NCBI GenBank assembly: GCA_012295275.1
Contig: CM022674.1
Location: 17,050,001-17,114,000 of the forward strand
DNA from: Chrysomallon squamiferum
Lineage: Eukaryota > Animalia > Mollusca
Direction of reading: 5' to 3'
DNA length: 64,000 bases
The notes beneath the pieces are model-generated. The model ran no database searches, was not told where the DNA came from, and was given only the letters and a program-made list of their open reading frames with translations. Position 1 is the stretch's first letter. Each line of letters opens with the position of its first letter. The translations under genes were made by a program, and so were the position numbers. This document shows positions 51,061 through 64,000 of the stretch, one piece after another.

Positions 51061-51451
51061 ATAATTTACATTTGATTTCTCATTCCAGGTGATGTCGGTA
51101 ATTAAGGTAAGTTCAGGTGGATATCAACGTAAGTTCAGTAGTAGAGTTAGTAATAATAGTAGTACTGGAAATAGTAGGGCTAGTAAAGGCTCGCAATAAT
51201 AGCACTGGAAATGGTAGAGCTAATAATAATAGTACTAGTATTAGTGGTAATCGAAATAGTAGGGCTACTAATAATAGTAGTAATTGAAATGGTAGAGCTA
51301 GTAATAATAGTAGTATTGGAAATAATAAGTCTAATAATAATGGTAGGGCTAATTATAGTAATAACGGAAATGGTAGGAATACTAATAATTGTTGTGGAAG
51401 TAGTAGGGCTAGTAATAATAGTAGTAGAAACGGTAGGGTTAGTAATAATAG

Positions 51452-52480
51452 TTTCAGAATAATATTTAAGATGTGCGACGGTATAAAATCAAGAATTGAA
51501 TCAGAGTATTTTCCTTGCAATAATGGAAGAAGACAAGGGGGAAACGTCATTTTGTTTATTTTCATTACACTTAAATGATTTGAGAGATTGTTTTCGTAAA
51601 TAAAACTGAAACGGTATTAAATCGGTAACAGATTTTCTCGCTAAAATATTAATGCATATCTGAAGTTATTTGTGAAGTTATATGCTGATGATACTGTACA
51701 ATTAGGAGAAGGAACAGATGATTTACAACATCACGTGCACTGTCTTGAAATGAATTGTAAAACGTGGAAATTGAAAGTTAATGCTCCCGTGTCAAAAATT
51801 ATGATTTTCTTTCCACAGGAAAATTGAAAACAGATCTATATATAAATATATGGAAATAGAAATTGTTGCTGAGGTTTATCAATCGATTGTTAGATTAGTT
51901 TGACAAAATTGTAAAACAAATATTGTTATATGCACAGAAATCAGGAGTTTTCAATATTGCAATATAACTGAATGATATCATCTCACGTTTATCAAATATA
52001 TAGTATGTTTTAACAAGTCAACACCAAGATATATGGTTTATGGTGAATTATGCAGATATCCATTGTCTATAAATGTTACAGTAAAAATGTTTACAATTTG
52101 GGCAAACATTGCTAACTGTAAAGAGTATAAACTGTCTCGTATATTATAAATGTTGTTATCTTATAACCATAGTATGAATGCTTCTGTAATAGCTTATATT
52201 ATGCTTCTAATATTAGATGAATGTGTTTATGAAGTATATATTCGTGTGTTCAAGTAAATGTTTTGCGCCAATTAAAAATGTTAGAACTTTATTTAAAGTT
52301 AATAATGTCAAGCTTCCTATATAAACTGGTACACGGTTCAATATTGAAACACAGAAAATATCACTTATGCAATTTTGATATTGGTGATGAGTTTCTCTGT
52401 ATATTTAAGTGGACATTTTTAACTTTTCAGAGAAATAAATATATACCATAGTATTGTACATTTAGACCAAATACAATAAC
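51452..52480 (+). mobile_element. Degraded LINE reverse transcriptase fragment
   Basis: SEYFPCNNGRRQG..., YLKLFVKLYADDTVQLGEGTDDLQ...CKTWKLKVN...KIMIF. Confidence 0.85.
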
Positions 52481-52651
52481 ATTTCAACATATATTTTCTA
52501 CAACAAAAATCACTTTTGTATAAACGTTCCTGAAATGTTCATATTGTCATTGAAAGAATAATCTTGCGGATTATGTTATAATTATCGTTATTATTATAAC
52601 TATGTTTTGTTTATATGTTCTCAATACTGCACGCGGTGCAATCATAATTTT

Positions 52652-52912
52652 TCACTTGTCTCTTGACTTACTTATTCCAAGATACACGTGACTTCCGTCA
52701 CCACTAGATGGCGTGTTAGCATACTGTGATTCATTCTGACGTATTCGCTCGTAATTGCTTCTTTCAGCATCTGTGTTGGAGACATGAAGATAAACATGGT
52801 CATCGTCGACTGCTGTATTAATATACTGTGCAGGACTCAGTTGTGTACGGAGTGTTGCTGATTGGGTGTAGGGAGTGTGGTTTATCAACGTTTTACTTTT
52901 TTGGTGCTGCAT
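52652..52912 (-). CDS. Orphan exon resembling a tyrosine-motif-rich receptor cytoplasmic tail
   Basis: Open frame with QYIN, HVYLHV, SNYERI, QYAN and HVYLGI in a coding-like GC island. Upstream exons not established. Confidence 0.45.
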   Translation of the reverse strand: MQHQKSKTLINHTPYTQSATLRTQLSPAQYINTAVDDDHVYLHVSNTDAERSNYERIRQNESQYANTPSSGDGSHVYLGISKSRDK

Positions 52913-53918
52913 CAGTTTAAACTAAGCTTAAATTTGTAAAACAACGTTATGTTATATAATTATGTGCAGGCACTATCTGCGAATTAAAATTCTATAATTA
53001 ATTTTATTTAGGTTTCTAAACACGTTTCATTCACATAGTAACAGAGACAGAGACAGATGGACTTCTGGAGATTTTCCTGGAAGAATCAGAGCATCCAGGA
53101 TTTTCCACATAGTTTTAAAGCCTCCGCCACTTAAGGAAATCCGCCTGTTAAATTTTACAGCTGTTATTGTGGATATAAAACAGCAGTAAACTCCAACTGC
53201 AACATCGCATTCTCAAATATTGTGAATAAATACTTTTATTTTACACTAGTTTCACTTTCTTTCCATTGGTTATTAATAAACACAAGTACCACTTGATTCA
53301 AAAGTTAAAAATATTTTGTATTCACAAAAAAGTGGCCAGGAGCTGACACGTTATTGCTGTTCACAAACGTCTGTTAGTCTTAAAACATAGTAACTGTTCA
53401 GACACGATTTCATGATGGTGATTATTAGTATCTCATCTACAACAGTCTATTCCATCTCTAATGTGTAATGTAATCTTCGATTCGTTAAAACGATGTCATT
53501 CAGACTTCACTCCAAGTGTTCGCCCAGTTGCCAAGATAATGGAGTGAATGACGAGCGATTTCTTTTGGGTTTTCATTCCGCTCTTCCAGATTGATCCAAA
53601 TGGTGATCACTTAAATGTTTAAATAATAAATAAAGTAAAATAAAATGAATGTATATCAATATGTAATGTTATATCTTTTTGGATGAATTAAAGGCTCCTA
53701 AATCTAATTCAACAATTTCAAGAGTGAATCCGACAGGACCTTTCATAATAAAAATGAATATGCATAACCTACACATATATCATGACACAATCTTAGTGTA
53801 CAGTAATCAATCAACCAAACAAAAAAGTAGTTAGACTGCGATTTTTGCTAAAGTATCAAGTATGGCCATTTTATTAAACGAAGAAATTATACATGTAGTT
53901 ACAGATGACAATGATAAT

Positions 53919-53989
53919 ACCGGCCTTGTTGGCGCAGTAGTTAAGCTATAGGCTAACAGGCTGGTAGGTACTGGTTTCGCTCCCCGGTA
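53919..53989 (+). mobile_element. tRNA-derived SINE head fragment
   Basis: accggccttgtTGGCGCAGTAGttaagc...ggctggtaggtactGGTTTCGCTCCCcggta: A/B-box-like motifs at tRNA spacing. Confidence 0.55.
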
Positions 53990-54079
53990 TATCATAATAA
54001 GTGTGTTCGGTTAACAGGAGTACATGGCATCCTCTGTTCCATCTATTTGTAACTTACAAACAATACATTACTCTTTTTA

Positions 54080-54395
54080 TATACATCAACCGTGTCTTTC
54101 ATGTTGTCTTTGGTGACTATTCCAGTTGAAAACAGTTTCCGTATTTGTTCTCCTTTAGACATCCATTTTGCCTGGGAGAACGAACACATCTTTGGGTAAT
54201 TGATGAACTGTCAGAGGTTCATCGTTTAGACCTCTTGTAGCTAACATGGCAAACGCCCCATCATAACATTGTACTGCTACGTGCGGACTTCTTTCATTTC
54301 AGCATTTTCTGACTTCAGTCAAGATCTTTTGCATCTGATCAGTCGTCACGGACTTGTCTGCAATAGGCGCTGCATAGTACTGTTCTGGTTTCTAC
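54080..54395 (-). mobile_element. Coding-like remnant, possibly a decayed transposase
   Basis: PEQYYAAPIADKSVTTDQMQKILTEVRKC*NERSPHVAVQCYDGAFAMLATRGLNDEPLTVHQLPKDV. Family not recognised with certainty. Confidence 0.3.
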
Positions 54396-55443
54396 AATCA
54401 TTATTTAACGTTTTATAAACATTATGAGATAGTCATAGTGGTCCTTTTTGTGTAAGCTGTATCAAACCAGTCGAATAAATCAGTTACTTTTGTGGTATGT
54501 TATCACAGTATAACACGGTGGTCACCAGCACTAAGTCAGCAGCAATTTGCACATCCCATTCACTGAGGCTGGACCGATGTTCTTGGATCCTTGAACCAAA
54601 ATTTACAAGCATTTATACTAATTATTCTGACTAATATCTACATAAAAATTTGTATTTAATATTAAATGCATTAATAATTAAACTGAATAATGTAACACTT
54701 GGGTTTGCAGAAAAGTATGACTACCAGCTGATTCTCGTGTGCCGTTCTTTAAATACAATAAACCCAGTAGATGTTTTAAAACTGAATAAAGACACTAATA
54801 GACTAAACTTGAAGTAGGTGATCATTTTTTTTTTTTTTTTTTTAGGATTTATTTATTTAAGGCCACAACTCCAGAAAATAATCACCTACCTCGTTCATTT
54901 TGAGGCGCATTCCGTTGCAAATGTCACGTGACCGATCACCAGCAGACGGTCCTTGAGTACACATCACTCCCAGTGGTTAGTACGGTATAATTCACTTAGA
55001 CATTTTCCTAAAATATTTATTACATACCTGCAGTATTCGATGAACTGGGACAAGCATTATTAGCTGGAAAGGGCAAAAAATAAAACAAATATTGATCAAT
55101 TTTGGATGAACAGTAAAACTGTTAAAGATATTCTAAAGATATTTATTGAAAAAAAATTAACAAGTTATATTCTACGATAAGCTATTGGAAAATTAAACAA
55201 AGTTATATTTATGTTAACATATGACAATAATAAAAACGTTATATTTTTATATATCCAACTACAGTGTAAACGACGTATATTTACGTTTAAACAAAACAGT
55301 AGAAACAAAACTAACTTATATACTGTGTAAATAACATAAATTCTTATCATGGAAAACATAAGCTAACACTGCACACAATAAAAAGATCTGCCATGCAATG
55401 TAGGTCTTCATATTTTCTATTGTTTACACTTATTACGTTAACG

Positions 55444-56142
55444 CAGTGTTTCCCAACCGGTGCTCCTCGGAGCCCTTCTGCTCCGCGGTGCATCGTCAAG
55501 GGCTCCGCGCGAGAGATGACATAACTAATAAATAAAAAAGGAGAAACTGGGGGCAGTTAGACGGACATAATGAAATAGACAGAACAAACGAATACACCTA
55601 CAATAACATTACAATGATTACTATGTACAATGCACATGGATAATATGGATATCATGCCTAATTTAAATAGTAATTTGTATAAATAAATAACTATTTAATT
55701 AGTTAAAGTGTAAATAGTTTCTAATATAACAAAAAAAAAAGAAGAAGTTTATTTTACTTTTCAGGTAAATCATTAGTATTGCGCAGAAGCAAAACTATTT
55801 ATGACGTCACTGATGACGTACTGCCAACCCCTTGCATTAAGACGCACGTGGTTGTTAGAAGCACACGAGTTAGTTGCGAATAGAGCAGTGTGGGTGCGTG
55901 TTGTGTTTTGTCTTCACTCCTACCTGCCAATATTTGAACACAATTTTTAACGCGTGAAAGATGATGAAGTATTTGAAACGAAGACGTGCAAGTGAAGAAG
56001 AGGATAGTGGAAATGAGCAACACTTAGCAGAGCAAAGTACAAGTAAGGTAGCTTAAAATAAAATAAATGTGGAGGGGGGGCACCGCAGGATATTAAATAA
56101 TGTTATAGGGCTCCGCATTGATGAAAAGGTTGGGAATCACTG
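55444..56142. mobile_element. Non-autonomous hAT DNA transposon (MITE), 699 bp
   Basis: TIRs CAGTGTTTCCCAACC / GGTTGGGAATCACTG (14/15 match), perfect 8-bp TSD CGTTAACG at 55436-55443 and 56143-56150, subterminal gggctccgc motifs. Confidence 0.92.
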
Positions 56143-58150
56143 CGTTAACGACTTGCTAACAACTGTATTATGAAAGCAATCCACGTAGTAAAGAATCGTG
56201 GAAATTGTTTTTAAATGTTCTGTAGTAAGATATTAAAACTTGATGTACCAGGAAGTATTTACACCTTCAGCATGAATGCCTGTGTACTATTTTTATAGCT
56301 GAATAATAAATGAAAGACAGTGTTATACCTGTATACATAGTCATGTTGTGAGTCAAATAGAAAAAGAAATATGTGCTATGATTAAGTTTTGAAATTAATT
56401 CAACAATAGAATGTACAGAGGTAGAAGAATGCATGCGTGTGGATGAGAGTGATTTGAATATGTATACTTAAGTGATATATACATAGATATGCATACATAC
56501 ATACATTGTCCGTGTGTGTCTGCGTGTATATCTATGTACACGTGTGTATATTGCATATATATATGTATATATATATATATGTGTGTGTGTGTACAAACAC
56601 AAACATATATATATAACTGTAGTATGTTTTACACTGAATTCACAGAAAAAGTTATAAATTCACTCTGTGTGTTTGAAATAAACTCACAAATATTGTGAAT
56701 AAATATTTTTATTTTACACTAGTTTCACTTTCTTTCCATTGGTTATTAATAAAGACAAGTAACAATTGATTCAAAAGTTAAAAAGATTTTTTATTCACAA
56801 AAATCATGATTATTAACTGATTTACAACAGATTTATTTTTTTAAAAATGGTTAACAAACAAATCGAAGATATTTTACAAATTATTAAAAGGATAATGAGC
56901 AAACAGTTTGGAATGATTTTTCATTCTCAATGTTCAATCATGCCTGTACTGGGCACCCTATTCGAGTAAATTTAGAAGTTAATTTCACTGATAATTAATT
57001 GCAAACATTTAAATTAAAATTAATAATCATTAAACATAATTATTATTAATAAGCAAATATGAAATACTAATTATAATAACAAATTTAATTTAAAATGTAG
57101 AATAATTATTACCTATATGAAAATGTAAAATGATATTAATAATAACAAATTACATTTAATTTAAAATGCATGTATATAAAATAATTGTTAAATCATAATT
57201 ATTTTCAATACGAAAATGTAAAATAATAATTATCATAACAAATTAGGAATAAGCTGAACACTCACAATGACTGTTTTATGGCTAAACACAAAGCCTGGAT
57301 TTCATCTAGTTTTATCACAGTTCAGTTTTTTCCCTTTAGTGGTTTAATAATGTGTTATGAATCTGCTAATGTAAAAATATTGTAACAGTAATCTGTCGTG
57401 AATAGGGAAATAAAAGCAATTGTTACACTAAAATATTATGAATGTGCAAATTAAAGTATTAAGCTAATATATTATGAATATGCAAATTAAAGTAACTATT
57501 GTAACAATGTATTAGGAATGGGGAAAAGCAAAATCTTTATTACATATTTGTGTTTTTTTCTGAATATTCAAATGTAAAATATAACAAATTATGAATGATC
57601 AAATGTTAACTGAAAAAAAGACAAAAAAAAAAAATGTATTACAACTTTCTTCATTTCAGAACATTTTAGTAACAGCAGTATGTAAGTGCATGTATGTATG
57701 TATGTATGTATGTTTGTATGTTTGTAGTCCGTATACTTGTATGTGTGTGTGTTTATGAGCATATACAGAAAATATGAACACAATACAAGTCAATAAAATA
57801 ATTTAAGTGGGATTTTGTATACATATTGCAAATATAAAGAAATGAGAAAGAGTTGTGTTAACATATTCAAAAACAGGTTTAATAACAGGTGTAAAGTTAT
57901 TCTTCAAAAATAAATTATATATATATATGTTGATTTTGTTTTGGAATATATTATATTGATAGGTCTCTGGAATCATGGATAAAAGGTATTTGTGAAGGCA
58001 AACACACATAGATATGCACAAGTATTGGCACACATGTATACTTACAAACATATATATATATATATAGGCACTAAAGAATACATATACACACATATACATA
58101 CACATATATATATATATAAAACACATACATACATACATATATATATATAT

Positions 58151-58183
<33 letters not shown>

Positions 58184-59333
58184 GACCCTGTACACAAAAT
58201 GTGGATTCACATGAAGTAATTTTCTAAAGAACATTTTCAATGTAACTCCATTCACTGATTACACTGATTTCTTTCAATGAATTCTTGCAGAAAATTGCAA
58301 CAAATGAGAGCAAAATAATCTTATTTCCAGTACACTCAAAATTACCACACGTAATTATAAACATCTTTGGTAATATAAATCTTTCGAGTGACAGAAATAT
58401 TTTATTTAAACAAAATTGGGGTTTTTGGGTTGTTTTTTTAAATGGTATAAATACATACAGATATTATAACACAGCCACTGATAAAGTAATGGTATTATAA
58501 TATACATGTTATTAATTATAGTGTACAAATGCATAATACAGTGATCATAATTAATTGTATAATGACAATATTAAACAAATCATGTCCAATTAAATATACA
58601 TCTGATCAAAGGAATTTATATAAAGATTTTACCAGCTGGTGCAAAACATTTGATACATATAATTACAAATAAACAGTCAAAAAATATATTAGTTTGCACA
58701 TAAAAACAGACATAAAGTATATATATTCATACATGAATACACTGAAACATACATTCTGTATATTTGTATGTTATTAATTTATTGTTTTGGTTCATCTATC
58801 ACTGCATCTAACAAAGTATGACAATAAAATAATATGAAATAATGTTAGAAATGAATATGTATTTCAAACCAATTATAACACCCTGTGTTATGTTGTTATA
58901 CTTAATTATTAATTAAGATTGGACAGCAAAAAATATAAAATAAATAAAATAGAATTTGGAAATATGCAGACTATTTCTTTGTATCACCAAAAATAAATTT
59001 AATAAAAGCTTTTAGACTACTTTTCTCAAGAAATAGTTAAATGCACTTAGCAGATTAATGTAGAATAAAATAATTAAAAAAAAGGGTATTATTGTTTCTG
59101 TAATAAAAGAAGAAGAAAAACAAATGTTCTGATTCACAAACTTTTATAAAAATCATTTCAAAACAGTAAGAAAACAAAATACAACCATGTAAGTTAAACT
59201 AACAATTTTAAACCTGTAGTTTCTTAATCAGCAATTTCGTCCAAAGTGTTTACAATCAGTTCCACATGTTGTTAAAATGTCGAACAATAACTTCAGCTTG
59301 GCCTAACCATTAAAGTTAATTATTTGTTTGTCT

Positions 59334-63990
<4,657 letters not shown>

Positions 63991-64000
63991 CTGAAACAGC

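Larger units (their letters stand above)
49860..51452. mobile_element. Foldback (long inverted repeat) element: minisatellite - 270-bp arm - AT spacer - arm - complementary minisatellite
   Basis: 50400-50674 is the diverged reverse complement of 50874-51137. Flanking ~30-bp minisatellites are complementary (attattactagccctactatttcc on the left, ggaaatagtagggctagtaataat on the right). Confidence 0.8.

Noticed and set aside
49851-51462. Hydrophobic ORFs (154, 179, 83 aa) as membrane proteins
   Set aside because: They are translations of the minisatellite.

Overview
AT-rich, microsatellite-rich animal genomic DNA with GT-AG introns and two 200-N scaffold gaps. The gene families and repeat style suggest a mollusc, probably a gastropod (inference). 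It is a duplication-rich cluster of innate-immunity-type genes: three tandem PARP12/TIPARP-like (zinc finger-WWE-WWE-partial PARP) copies, a PAN/apple + fibrinogen-domain (FReD) gene with a partial duplicate, an intronless ankyrin array, a 5'-truncated ZNFX1 helicase with a long R/S/D-rich repeat tail, an Ig-TM-tyrosine-motif receptor, and an 8-exon TKL-type kinase. Every gene I could reconstruct has premature stops or frameshifts. Repeats include LINE RT fragments, a hAT MITE with a perfect 8-bp TSD, a tRNA-derived SINE head, two satellites, and a ~1.6 kb foldback with an outward-facing tRNA-like Pol III promoter in each arm. All exon coordinates were read by eye and no database search was run.
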